Below, in pieces: positions 49,293 through 58,945 of a stretch of 64,000 nt of DNA (position 1 is the stretch's first letter; every line of letters starts with the position of its first letter). Source of the stretch: Dehalococcoidia bacterium (GTDB lineage Bacteria > Chloroflexota > Dehalococcoidia > Lucifugimonadales > UBA3495); contig DPHC01000014.1 of the NCBI GenBank assembly GCA_003523055.1, positions 60,312 through 124,311 on the forward strand, written 5' to 3'. A model generated the notes under the pieces. The model was not told the origin of the DNA and did not search any database. It was given only the letters and a program-made list of their open reading frames with translations. The position numbers and the translations under genes are program-made.

Positions 49293-49441
49293 TTTATTTC
49301 CATTTTTTATCTAGATGCCTTTGTTTGTGAACTAATTGTATAACGTAGTAAAATATTTATCTAGGTAATAAGAGGATCGTTGAGAGTAATTACTAGTCAC
49401 TTAACTTAATAGAAAGAAAATAGTAAAGGTAGGGAACTGAA

Positions 49442-50803
49442 ATGGAATATCGAAACATTCCAAGTGTCGAGGCTGTGATAAATACAGATTCCTTGAAAGA
49501 ATTGTCAGGTGAATACCCACGGGAATGGCTAGTAGATATTACTAGGCTACAAATATCTAATAACAGAATTGGAATCAAGGAAGGACACCCCGTTAAGAAT
49601 GCTGAAATTATTTCTATGGAAGTAGTGGACTATGTGAAAAATATCATGTCAGTTAAACCACGCGATGTGATCAATGCATCAGGCGTTATTATACATACTA
49701 ATCTAGGTAGGGCCCCTTTGAGTGAAGACAGTATAACATCAGCAATGAAATGTTCTGAAGGATATAGTGACTTAGAATTTGACCTGGAATCAGGTAAAAG
49801 AGGAGCACGATTGGCATCGGTTAAATCATTATTGACTCAACTTACGCAAGCCGAAGATGCTGTTGTAGTAAACAATAATGCAGCGGCTTTATTATTGGCT
49901 TTGTCTGCTTTGTGCACTGGTAAAGAGGTAATAGTGCCAAGAAGCGAAGCTATCGAAATCGGAGGAGGGTTCAGAATACCAGACGTATTATCACAAAGTG
50001 GAGCCACGTTGGTGGATATTGGGACTACTAATAGGACATATATATCTGATTATGAAAGAGCAATTTCTGATAACACTGGAGCTTTTCTAAAAGCCCATTC
50101 TAGTAATTTTGTTATTACTGGTTTTACCCATGAGGTAAGTACTAAAGAATTGTCAATTATAGGTAAAAAGCATGGAATTCCGGTAATGCATGATGTAGGC
50201 AGTGGAGCTTTTTTGGATACTAGTGTTTATGGATTAACTCATGAGCCTACTCCTCAAGAAAGTATAGCTGATGGGGCAGATTTGGTATTTTTTTCTGGCG
50301 ATAAATTATTAGGAGGCCCACAATCAGGAATAATAATTGGTAAGAAAGCATATATATCTGTGTTAGAGCGACACCCTATGATGCGCGCTATACGTATGGA
50401 TAAGATGAATTTAGCAGCTTTATCTACTACTTTGGGACACTATCTGAAAAATGAAGCCCTCACTAAGATACCAGTTTGGAAAATGATTTCTACTACAAAT
50501 TCGGAATTGATGCAGAGGCTGCAAGCAATAATACAGCAATGTCAGACAGGGGTTAGTATCCAAGAATCTGAATCTGCTATTGGAGGGGGGAGTTTGCCAG
50601 GAGAAACAATTCCCACAAAAGTTTTGAGTATAGACTGTTCTTTATTAGGAGTTTCTGCTGAAAAAATGCAGAGTGATTTTCGTAAATTGAGAATACCAAT
50701 TGTAGTAAGAATAGAAAACGAAAAAGTTATAATAGATCCTAGAACCATCTCTCCTGCCGATGACGAATATGTAAAACTGGCGTTACAATCGGTTTTAAAA
50801 TAG
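49442..50803 (+). CDS. selA: L-seryl-tRNA(Sec) selenium transferase
   Basis: 453 aa. It has the characteristic N-terminus (IPSVEAVINTD), then INASGVIIHTNLGRAPL, VVNNNAAALLL and a PLP-Lys region (FFSGDKLLGGPQSGIIIGKK). Confidence 0.87.
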   Translation: MEYRNIPSVEAVINTDSLKELSGEYPREWLVDITRLQISNNRIGIKEGHPVKNAEIISMEVVDYVKNIMSVKPRDVINASGVIIHTNLGRAPLSEDSITSAMKCSEGYSDLEFDLESGKRGARLASVKSLLTQLTQAEDAVVVNNNAAALLLALSALCTGKEVIVPRSEAIEIGGGFRIPDVLSQSGATLVDIGTTNRTYISDYERAISDNTGAFLKAHSSNFVITGFTHEVSTKELSIIGKKHGIPVMHDVGSGAFLDTSVYGLTHEPTPQESIADGADLVFFSGDKLLGGPQSGIIIGKKAYISVLERHPMMRAIRMDKMNLAALSTTLGHYLKNEALTKIPVWKMISTTNSELMQRLQAIIQQCQTGVSIQESESAIGGGSLPGETIPTKVLSIDCSLLGVSAEKMQSDFRKLRIPIVVRIENEKVIIDPRTISPADDEYVKLALQSVLK

Positions 50804-50846
50804 CATATTATAGATTTAGTGAAAATGTTAATTTTATAGGTGTACT

Positions 50847-51599
50847 TTGAAAGATTATATTATTTTACATACTGCAGGACAGAGTTCCTGGCATTGGAGC
50901 AAGGTTTGGGCTTTGATGACAGCTCCGAGACAGCATCCGCCTAAACTTTATAAGAAGAATTTAGATGTAACGTTATTAGACCTCCCAGGGCATGGCTCTA
51001 ATTCCCATAATGACACTAACCAGATTATGAGAAATGAATGTATATATGAATTAGAGCAACTAGTTAAAAACAAGAAGATGGACAATTATATAATAGTCGC
51101 TCATGGTTTTTCTGCTAGTTTAGTTTTGGAGGCTTTGAATTCGATAGAAAATTTACCATCTAAAATAGTTTTAATTAGCGGAATAGTAGCACCATCTGGT
51201 AAAAACTTAATTTCTTTATTACCATTGAAATCTAAATTGTTATATCAGATTGTTATGATTAAATCCAAATTGTTAAGAAAATCAGTAAAATTGTCAGCAA
51301 ATTCTATAAAGTCTTATGTGTGTAACGGCATGGACACTATGTCAACAATCCAAGCGTTAGGTTTTTACGAAGGCGTACCGTCACAAATGCTAGAGGAAAA
51401 AACTGGCGATATCGAAGTCCCAGAGACTGTAGAAATAATATACGTCAAATTAACTAACGACAATTTATTTCCTGCCTCTTTGCAAGAACAAGTTGCACAT
51501 TCATTAGGAGCGAGTTCCATAATAGAATTTAATGGGTGCCATCAAGCCTCTTTAGAGAAGCCGAATGAAATGGCAGAATTACTTTTGTCCTTACAGTAA
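50847..51599 (+). CDS. Alpha/beta hydrolase-like protein (divergent)
   Basis: 250 aa with a TTG start. The motifs LDLPGHGSN and VAHGFSASL (a variant nucleophile elbow) are present, plus a C-terminal GCHQASLE His region. Confidence 0.45.
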   Translation: MKDYIILHTAGQSSWHWSKVWALMTAPRQHPPKLYKKNLDVTLLDLPGHGSNSHNDTNQIMRNECIYELEQLVKNKKMDNYIIVAHGFSASLVLEALNSIENLPSKIVLISGIVAPSGKNLISLLPLKSKLLYQIVMIKSKLLRKSVKLSANSIKSYVCNGMDTMSTIQALGFYEGVPSQMLEEKTGDIEVPETVEIIYVKLTNDNLFPASLQEQVAHSLGASSIIEFNGCHQASLEKPNEMAELLLSLQ

Positions 51600-51644
51600 C
51601 ATTTTTTTTATTAATGACTTTTATATCTAAGAGAAAGGTTATTC

Positions 51645-52283
51645 ATGCAGATCATAGTTAGACAAATGAATGAATTTGACATAGAAGATCTTCTTATTAT
51701 TGAAAAAGAAGCATTCTTCCCATTGACTATAGGAACTTCATTCAATATACAGCTTAAAAATAAGTATTCTAAATATATGGTTGCTGAAAAAAGTTACGTT
51801 AAGCCAATCGAGAACAGCAATCACCTTCTTTTTAAAAAAACAATCAAGTTATGTGCGAATTTATTTGGTATAATACCGCTATGGTTGATAAAATCTCCGT
51901 CTCCTGCCAGAGAAGTATTGGGTTACGTAGGGGTCTGGTTCCAGGGCGATGAGGCTCATATTTCAGAAATCGCCGTTAAGGTATCATACAGAGGTACAGG
52001 AATTGGAGAGCTATTGTTGATAAGTGCTATGAGAGTGGCAATAAACAATGGATCTTTGCAGATGGGATTGGAGGCTAGAATTTCTAATATTATAGCTCAA
52101 AGACTTTACGAAAAGTACGGATTTGAATTAAATGGAGTAAGAAAAAGGTATTACTCTGATAATAGAGAAGATGCTGTTATTATGACGACAGCAATGATTC
52201 ACAGTAAAGAATATCAGGCCAAATTTATAGCATTGCAGGAAAGATACTTGGAGTCAGGTAAAAGTATAAATATTATACTTTAG
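51645..52283 (+). CDS. GNAT family N-acetyltransferase (RimI-like, with an internal insertion)
   Basis: 212 aa. It has the acetyl-CoA binding motif VKVSYRGTGIGELLL and the LEARISNIIAQRLYEKYGF core. An insertion of about 45 aa precedes the core. Confidence 0.65.
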   Translation: MQIIVRQMNEFDIEDLLIIEKEAFFPLTIGTSFNIQLKNKYSKYMVAEKSYVKPIENSNHLLFKKTIKLCANLFGIIPLWLIKSPSPAREVLGYVGVWFQGDEAHISEIAVKVSYRGTGIGELLLISAMRVAINNGSLQMGLEARISNIIAQRLYEKYGFELNGVRKRYYSDNREDAVIMTTAMIHSKEYQAKFIALQERYLESGKSINIIL

Positions 52284-52345
52284 TTTTATGAGGTATTTGA
52301 AGAAATAGGTTAAGTTAACTAACTTGCCTTAATGGTGTGGAATTT

Positions 52346-52939
52346 ATGGTAGTAATAGGTCTAACTGGCGGAATAGCAACAGGTAAAAGCGAAGCTTCAC
52401 GGATTCTAGAAGAATTGGGGGCTACCTTAATCAATGCTGACCTGATTGGGCATGAAGCTTATAAACAAGGGTCAGTAGGTTGGGAAAGTGTAGTACAGGC
52501 ATTCGGTAAAGGCATATTAGATGAGTCTAATGAGATAGACCGTACTAAGCTTGGGACTATAGTATTTGCTGACAAAGATCAACTTGAAATTCTTAATGGG
52601 ATAATGCACCCGATCATGGAACAACTTGTGGATGAACGTATCCATGAATTTAAAGCTATGGGTCTTCATGTAATCATAGTGGAGGCAGCTTTAATGTTTG
52701 AAGCAGGATGGGATAAATTAGTAGATATAGTATGGGTTACTGACGCTCCCCAAGAAATTGTTGTTGAAAGATTGCTACAAAGAAACGGATTCGACAAAGA
52801 TGAATCTGAAAAACGTATCAATTCTCAAATGGCCCGGCACTTAAGATTGGGAAAAGCTGACTTGGTGTTAACAAATAATGGTGACCTAAATGACTTCAAA
52901 AATGGTATATTAAATGCTTGGGAAACATTAACTAGATAG
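52346..52939 (+). CDS. coaE: Dephospho-CoA kinase
   Basis: It begins MVVIGLTGGIATGKSE (P-loop) and has ADLIGHE and VEAALMFEAGW. The ORF-track start (GTG 52337) lies 3 codons upstream. Confidence 0.85.
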   Translation: MVVIGLTGGIATGKSEASRILEELGATLINADLIGHEAYKQGSVGWESVVQAFGKGILDESNEIDRTKLGTIVFADKDQLEILNGIMHPIMEQLVDERIHEFKAMGLHVIIVEAALMFEAGWDKLVDIVWVTDAPQEIVVERLLQRNGFDKDESEKRINSQMARHLRLGKADLVLTNNGDLNDFKNGILNAWETLTR

Positions 52940-52955
52940 GAGAAGGTAAGAGACA

Positions 52956-53849
52956 ATGGTAGATGTATCAAAAACTGAATCAAAAGAATATGCGATAGAA
53001 GAATTTTTAATAAAAGAAAAACCATACTACAAGCCAGTGGGAGATGAAGAAGAGCTTTTTAATGCGGCTTATAAATCTCATATACCTTTGTTATTAAAAG
53101 GGCCAACAGGGTGTGGTAAAACAAGATTTGTTGAATATATGGCGTGGAAATTAGGAAGACCAATGACAGTTGTCAAAAATAAAAAATCTTCTTCTGAGGA
53201 AGATACACAGAAACAAATCCCATTAGTGACAATCGCATGCCACGAGGATTTGACAGCTAGCGACTTGGTAGGTAGATATCTTTTAGACGCAAATGGCACT
53301 AAATGGATGGATGGACCCATGACTAGAGCCGTTAAAAATGGAGCTATATTGTATTTGGATGAAGTCGTAGAAGCCCGAAAAGACACTACTGTTTTGATTC
53401 ACCCTCTAACCGACCATCGTAGAGTTCTACCGATAGAGAAAACGGGAACAATTATTGAAGCTGATGACAACTTCTTGCTATGCATGTCTTACAATCCACA
53501 TTATCAGAGCGCTTTGAAGGACATAAAGCAAAGCACGAGACAAAGATTCATATCAGTTGAATTTGACTATCCGCCTGTAGATGTGGAAGCTGAAATAGTA
53601 TTTCAAGAAAGTGGATGTACTGAAGACCAGGCTAACTCACTCGCTAGATTGGGTGAAAAAATAAGACATTTGAAAGATAGCGGTTTGCAAGAAGGAGCTA
53701 GTACTAGATTACTAATATATGCTGGAAGGTTAATTAAAGAAGGAATTACTCCTAGAAGAGCTTGCCAAGTCGCAATCGTATGGACTTTAACCGACGAGCC
53801 AGATTTACAGAGAAGTATAGAAGAAGTAGTTTCTTCGATCTTTGAATAG
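52956..53849 (+). CDS. MoxR-class AAA+ ATPase of the CbbQ/NirQ/NorQ subfamily
   Basis: 297 aa with Walker A LLKGPTGCGKTR and Walker B ILYLDEVVEA. The length and the C-terminal lid (GASTRLLIYAGRL) match the CbbQ/NorQ type. Confidence 0.85.
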   Translation: MVDVSKTESKEYAIEEFLIKEKPYYKPVGDEEELFNAAYKSHIPLLLKGPTGCGKTRFVEYMAWKLGRPMTVVKNKKSSSEEDTQKQIPLVTIACHEDLTASDLVGRYLLDANGTKWMDGPMTRAVKNGAILYLDEVVEARKDTTVLIHPLTDHRRVLPIEKTGTIIEADDNFLLCMSYNPHYQSALKDIKQSTRQRFISVEFDYPPVDVEAEIVFQESGCTEDQANSLARLGEKIRHLKDSGLQEGASTRLLIYAGRLIKEGITPRRACQVAIVWTLTDEPDLQRSIEEVVSSIFE

Positions 53850-53852
53850 AAA

Positions 53853-54449
53853 ATGCAAGAGTTCTCGCTTACAGATCTTCAAAATGTTTTGAATAAAAAA
53901 TCTCCCGCTGATGCAGGCAATGAAGAGAACTATATGCCTGCAGCGGTAATGGTTTTAATATATTTGAAGAATGGAGAGTATTCTATACTTCTGAATAAAC
54001 GTTCTGAATTAGTGGAGCACCATAAGGGAGAGATGTCATTTCCTGGAGGAGCAAAAGACCCTGTAGACAATGATTTTCTTGATACTGCTCTTAGAGAAAC
54101 TGAAGAAGAAATGGGAATTAGTAAATCGGATATCACTGTGTTGGGCAGATTAGACGACGTAATTACTAGAAGCAATTTTATTGTCAAAGTATACGTTGGA
54201 ACAATTGAATATCCTTACCAATTTAACCCTAGCATTGAAGAAATAGCAGAAGTAGTTGAAATTCCAATTTCAAATTTATTGTCATCAGATAACCATAGTA
54301 TAGAAACTAGATGGGACGGAAAAATTTTTAATGATGTAATAACTTATGCTTTTCAAAATTACTTAGTCTACGGAGCTACAGCTATCATTCTGGCTCAGTT
54401 TCTAGACATAGTATCGGATAATTTTGTAATGAAGGAGAGCCTCATTTGA
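53853..54449 (+). CDS. NUDIX hydrolase, CoA pyrophosphatase-like
   Basis: 198 aa. It has the Nudix box PGGAKDPVDNDFLDTALRETEEEMGI, preceded by ILLNKRSELVEHHKGEMSF (the CoAse-type LLTxR...H.G motif). Confidence 0.68.
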   Translation: MQEFSLTDLQNVLNKKSPADAGNEENYMPAAVMVLIYLKNGEYSILLNKRSELVEHHKGEMSFPGGAKDPVDNDFLDTALRETEEEMGISKSDITVLGRLDDVITRSNFIVKVYVGTIEYPYQFNPSIEEIAEVVEIPISNLLSSDNHSIETRWDGKIFNDVITYAFQNYLVYGATAIILAQFLDIVSDNFVMKESLI

Positions 54450-57400
54450 GTATTGAAGACTGGAATCAACTAGAACAATCATTGAAAACGCTACCAGGAA
54501 CTGTGGAAGATGCTTACGTCGAGTCAAAAAACGTGATGCAAGAAGTGTTTAGTGATGATGAGTTGTTACTGTGGGGAAAAGAAGGACTCTCAATCGGAAC
54601 CCAGACGGTTCGCTCCTGGGAAGCTGCTATTGAATATTTTAATGTGAGTCACTTAGTAGTTAAATCTTTAGCATTTCCTTCATTCATGCAATGGGCTCGG
54701 TGTGGGACACATTTGTCTCAAGATGCACCTTCGTTGGCATCATCGTTTTTCAATGTAAGCCCATCTATAGTCACCAATTTACGACCTCAATATATTCCTA
54801 GATGGGTTGGTTTAGGACGAAGTCTCTACAAAGGAACTTGGAAATCAGGAAATTTGGCCTCTAAATTTTTTGAAATGAGCCCAGAATTAGTACGGAACCT
54901 ACCTTTTTGGGATTTAGAAATATTTGCATCTATTTTGGAAACCATATCTGGTAAATCTTATGAGGTAGCATCAGATTGTTTGGACTTAGGAGCAACTGTG
55001 TTGCCGGCAATGAGCCGTGAACGAGAAGTCTTTTTGTCGATGTTGCGCTCATTAACCGATACTAGTTGGAGAGAAGTTAAAAGTTGCTTAGAGGTTGTGC
55101 CAAGGGCCGCAAAAGAAATTGATGAAGGTCAAATCGGAAGATTTTTGAAACTAGGAGAAAAATTAGCTAAAACAGGAATGAAAGACACATCAAGATTTTT
55201 ATCGGATGGCACCCAGGCATTGAGTGGGCTGGAATCAAATACCCACGGCCATATCATAGATTTGTGTGAGACTCTGCTGGGAGAAGATCCAGATGCTGTC
55301 CAGCCATTTTTAAAAAGCCTAGAGCAAGCATTGGACTTAGTAACACTTGCTCAATTAGATCAATGGTTTAGCAAAGGCGTTGACCTTATCAAAGAGAACA
55401 AAGAAACTGGGCTTGCATATTTCAAAATAGAATCTAATACGTCAGAGACAGTATTAAACACGCTGTCTTCTAGTGTTGATCTGGATTTGATTAAAGGAAT
55501 CATCAATATGTATTGCACTGCTTTGTCTGGCCAAGAATTACAGATTAGCAACAGCCAAGAATTAGTAGATAAAGGCATTGGATGGATTGACGGTAGTTGG
55601 GCTTCAACCGATGGTACCCAAGTGTTTCTACCATCAATAGTTGATCAATATGATGATAAAGCTGCTAATTTCTCGTGGTTTAAAGTTATAGCTACCCATC
55701 AAGTAGCTCGATTAGAATTTGGTAGCTTTGAGTTTGAATTTGAAAAACCGTCAGTTGTGTTTAGTAACAGGCGAAAGGAAACGGAACAGGCTAAATCAGA
55801 GCGACTCCAGAAATTGGGACAACCAGATGATGCAGGGAATATACGGACATACACAGATATTGGAAAATTATTTAATTTATTTGAAGAATCTAAATTAGCA
55901 TTCGATATATTCACAGTATTAGAAGATTGCCGACTGGACCACATTATTAAAACTATGTATCCAGGAATAAAAACAGCTACAAAACAGATCCAAGATGACG
56001 CTATATTGAAAAGGCCAGAATTGACAGAACTCCCCTTGAAAGAAGCAATGGTGGAATTATTGATCAGGTTTAGCTTGGATCAGTTCAACAGTTTACAAGT
56101 TCCTACAGAGTATGAAGAAGTAGTAAACACTTTAGCAAATTTAGTTAATACATTGCGCAATGCGGATTCCACAGTAGAGGACTCAGCTGAAGCTACAATT
56201 AGAGCGTATGAAATTATTTCAAAGATCATCAACGATACAAAACCTGAAGAAGAATGGAAAGATGAGGACTTAGAAGACCAACTAGAACAATTTGATGAAG
56301 ACGAATTTGAATCATTAGTTGAAAAATTGCAACAGGCAATGGAAATGTCAGGAGAAGATGGAGATGGAGATGGAGATCCATATGACTCACCTTCCCCTGT
56401 AGAGTATAGAGGTGATTTTAAACCAGAAATGGTTCAATTAATGTCCAAATTGCAAAGCGATGCTGCTGATGGTGGGGATGATCAACCTTTGAGCCAGGAA
56501 GAATTAGAACAATTATTACAAGAGAGTAATGATTTAGAGCTTGATGCGGAACAAGGAGAATTAGATGCAGGAATGTTTGCAGCTTTTGTTGAAAATATAA
56601 TGAAAGAAGCTGGAATGCCACCACCCGATGGAGATCCAGGAGATGGCCAATCACCAGTTCTATCTGCAGGAGAGGAAGAAGGTGAACTTGAGGCTCAAGA
56701 GCCGAAAACGTTTGCTTATGATGAATGGGATTTCAGAGCAGATGATTACAAACCTAGATGGTGCATTGTGAAGGAAAAAGTAATAGAGGAAGGAGAACAA
56801 TCTTTCTATACTGAAGCCATAGCAAATTATTCAGGCATATTGGCCCATATCAAGCGCCAATTTGAATTAATAATGCCAGAAACCTGGAGAAAGACTTACC
56901 GATTGGTAGATGGTGAAGACATTGATTTAAACGCGGCATTAGAAGCTGTAGCTGATTTACGTATGGGAATTCCTCCGGATGATAAAATTTACTGGCGCCG
57001 TAATAAAGTAGAAAGAGATGTAGCAGCAGTATTCCTTTTGGATATGAGCGCTTCTACCGCAGAGGCAATAGACGAAGGTAAACAGACCACTGATGACAGT
57101 GATGCCCCTGATGATCCAGTAGAGTACATGGTATGGCTCAGGAGACGACGTGAAGGTTTAACCAGGCGTAACTATAAAAGAATAATTGATTTAGAGAAAG
57201 AGAGCGCCGCATTGATAACCCAGGCAATAGAATCTATAGGTGACCAATATGGAATATACGGATTTTCTGGATATGGTCGAGAGAATGTGGAATTTTATGT
57301 CATAAAAGATATAGATGAACCATTTAATGACACTATTAAACGGAGAATAGATAAAATCACCCCTTTGCATGCTACCAGAATGGGAGCCTCAATTAGACAT

Positions 57401-57703
57401 GCTATTACTAAATTAGAAAACCGCGACGCTACAACAAAAATAATGTTCTTAATCAGTGATGGTAGACCACAAGACAGAGGATATAGCAGAGAAGGGGTAG
57501 AAAAAGAATATGCAGTACATGACACTCATCAAGCATTAATTGAAGCAAGGCGGAAGAATATAATACCGTTTTGTCTTACTGTAGATAAGGCTGGGCATGA
57601 CTATCTGAAAGACATGTGTGGGGATATGGGCTATGAAGTCCTAGATAATATATGGTCTTTGCCAGAGCGTTTACCTATGCTATATCGCAATTTAACGAAG
57701 TAA
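54446..57703 (+). CDS. Large CbbO/NorD-like protein with a C-terminal von Willebrand factor A (VWA) domain
   Basis: 1085 aa with a TTG start 7 nt after GAAGGAGAG, overlapping the NUDIX stop. It has the family-typical YDEWDFRADDYKPRWC motif and the MIDAS motif FLLDMSASTAE, plus ...YGFSGYGRENVEF... and ISDGRPQD. A long helical N-terminal region and a strongly acidic linker are also present. Confidence 0.75.
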   Translation: MSIEDWNQLEQSLKTLPGTVEDAYVESKNVMQEVFSDDELLLWGKEGLSIGTQTVRSWEAAIEYFNVSHLVVKSLAFPSFMQWARCGTHLSQDAPSLASSFFNVSPSIVTNLRPQYIPRWVGLGRSLYKGTWKSGNLASKFFEMSPELVRNLPFWDLEIFASILETISGKSYEVASDCLDLGATVLPAMSREREVFLSMLRSLTDTSWREVKSCLEVVPRAAKEIDEGQIGRFLKLGEKLAKTGMKDTSRFLSDGTQALSGLESNTHGHIIDLCETLLGEDPDAVQPFLKSLEQALDLVTLAQLDQWFSKGVDLIKENKETGLAYFKIESNTSETVLNTLSSSVDLDLIKGIINMYCTALSGQELQISNSQELVDKGIGWIDGSWASTDGTQVFLPSIVDQYDDKAANFSWFKVIATHQVARLEFGSFEFEFEKPSVVFSNRRKETEQAKSERLQKLGQPDDAGNIRTYTDIGKLFNLFEESKLAFDIFTVLEDCRLDHIIKTMYPGIKTATKQIQDDAILKRPELTELPLKEAMVELLIRFSLDQFNSLQVPTEYEEVVNTLANLVNTLRNADSTVEDSAEATIRAYEIISKIINDTKPEEEWKDEDLEDQLEQFDEDEFESLVEKLQQAMEMSGEDGDGDGDPYDSPSPVEYRGDFKPEMVQLMSKLQSDAADGGDDQPLSQEELEQLLQESNDLELDAEQGELDAGMFAAFVENIMKEAGMPPPDGDPGDGQSPVLSAGEEEGELEAQEPKTFAYDEWDFRADDYKPRWCIVKEKVIEEGEQSFYTEAIANYSGILAHIKRQFELIMPETWRKTYRLVDGEDIDLNAALEAVADLRMGIPPDDKIYWRRNKVERDVAAVFLLDMSASTAEAIDEGKQTTDDSDAPDDPVEYMVWLRRRREGLTRRNYKRIIDLEKESAALITQAIESIGDQYGIYGFSGYGRENVEFYVIKDIDEPFNDTIKRRIDKITPLHATRMGASIRHAITKLENRDATTKIMFLISDGRPQDRGYSREGVEKEYAVHDTHQALIEARRKNIIPFCLTVDKAGHDYLKDMCGDMGYEVLDNIWSLPERLPMLYRNLTK

Positions 57704-58915
57704 TTTAGCGAGTTCTATCAAAGCGATATTGGCTGCTCGTCTTCTAATTATAACCCTTCTTGGAGCTAGGGTTAGAGGGATTTCAGTAAAAGTATTCTCG
57801 TGCGAAATTGATATGAATATCTGGCTAGTATTAGTCGATGGATTAGACTCCAAAGAAGTTGACCCGGCAATGCCTACACCATAGTCAGATCCAAACTGGT
57901 TTCTTACTGCTAAACTCATGGCATTGGCAGTTTCTTGACTTACAAATCCATGCTTGTTTATGATTGATTCTGGTACTCCGTAAAAAATAGCTACTTCGGA
58001 GGTATTGACAGTTAATCCTCCTTTATAGAACTTATCACTTTCCGGTGCATCTGTTATGGTACTAGCTAATATTCCGCCAGTGCCACATTCTATTGTAGAT
58101 AAAGTTTTGTCTATCCTGTTTAAATGCTCTGCTATAGATTGTTGAGGAGTATATTCGTCAAATCCCCATACGAATTCTTCTAATGCATCAACGATATCTT
58201 TCTCCATCGGTTTTATCATAGAATCAGCTTGAGATTCAGTTCGAGCTCTAGCGATGATTCTTAGATGTATGCCATCTTGTTTGGAATATATCCCGAGATA
58301 AGGGTTTTCTTGACCGAAGTGAGGGCTTAAAATCTCGTCTATTTTACCTTCTGATAACCCCATAGTTTTTATGGTCCGAGTTAAGGTTATTTCTTGATTG
58401 CTTATCATCTGTAATGAAGGACGTATTTGCTCTTCCCAAAGAGGGTGCATTTCTGAAGGAGGGCCTGGTAAAGATATTATGATTTTGCCTGATTTTTCTA
58501 CCCACCAGCCTGGAGCAGTACCGTATTTGTTGGGAACGAATTTAGCTGATGGTATTAAATGTGCTTGTTTTATGTTTGTATTTGGCATATCTTGACCCCG
58601 GGAAGCGAAATGTTTTTTCAGTTGTTCTACGATTTCTGTTTGGATTACAGGTGTTTCATTCATTGCTATAGATATCGCTTCACGAGTTAAGTCGTCTTGC
58701 GTTGGTCCTAGCCCTCCAGTAGTGATAATTAAATCAGCTTTTTGCAACGATGATTCGACTGCTCGAACTAACATGTCTATATCATCACCGACGATAGAAA
58801 TACCGTTTAGAACAATTCCTAATGATGGCAATTTTGAAGCTATCCACGAGGAATTAGTGTCGGTTAATTCTCCCATCAATAATTCATGCCCAATAGACAG
58901 TATGTAAGCCTGCAT
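57692..58915 (-). CDS. cinA: Competence/damage-inducible protein CinA (MoCF-binding domain plus PncC deamidase domain)
   Basis: 407 aa with the motifs ILSIGHELLMGELTDTNS, ITTGGLGPTQDDLT and a C-terminal ECGTGGILAS. It overlaps the convergent VWA gene by 12 nt. Confidence 0.85.
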   Translation of the reverse strand: MQAYILSIGHELLMGELTDTNSSWIASKLPSLGIVLNGISIVGDDIDMLVRAVESSLQKADLIITTGGLGPTQDDLTREAISIAMNETPVIQTEIVEQLKKHFASRGQDMPNTNIKQAHLIPSAKFVPNKYGTAPGWWVEKSGKIIISLPGPPSEMHPLWEEQIRPSLQMISNQEITLTRTIKTMGLSEGKIDEILSPHFGQENPYLGIYSKQDGIHLRIIARARTESQADSMIKPMEKDIVDALEEFVWGFDEYTPQQSIAEHLNRIDKTLSTIECGTGGILASTITDAPESDKFYKGGLTVNTSEVAIFYGVPESIINKHGFVSQETANAMSLAVRNQFGSDYGVGIAGSTSLESNPSTNTSQIFISISHENTFTEIPLTLAPRRVIIRRRAANIALIELAKLLR

Positions 58916-58945
58916 AATTCTCTCTAAATCTAGTTACTTAACTAT

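Noticed and set aside
56357-56377. (GATGGA)x3 tandem repeat as a regulatory or phase-variable repeat
   Set aside because: It is in frame and encodes GDGDGD within an acidic linker. The unit length is a multiple of 3, so slippage would not shift the frame.
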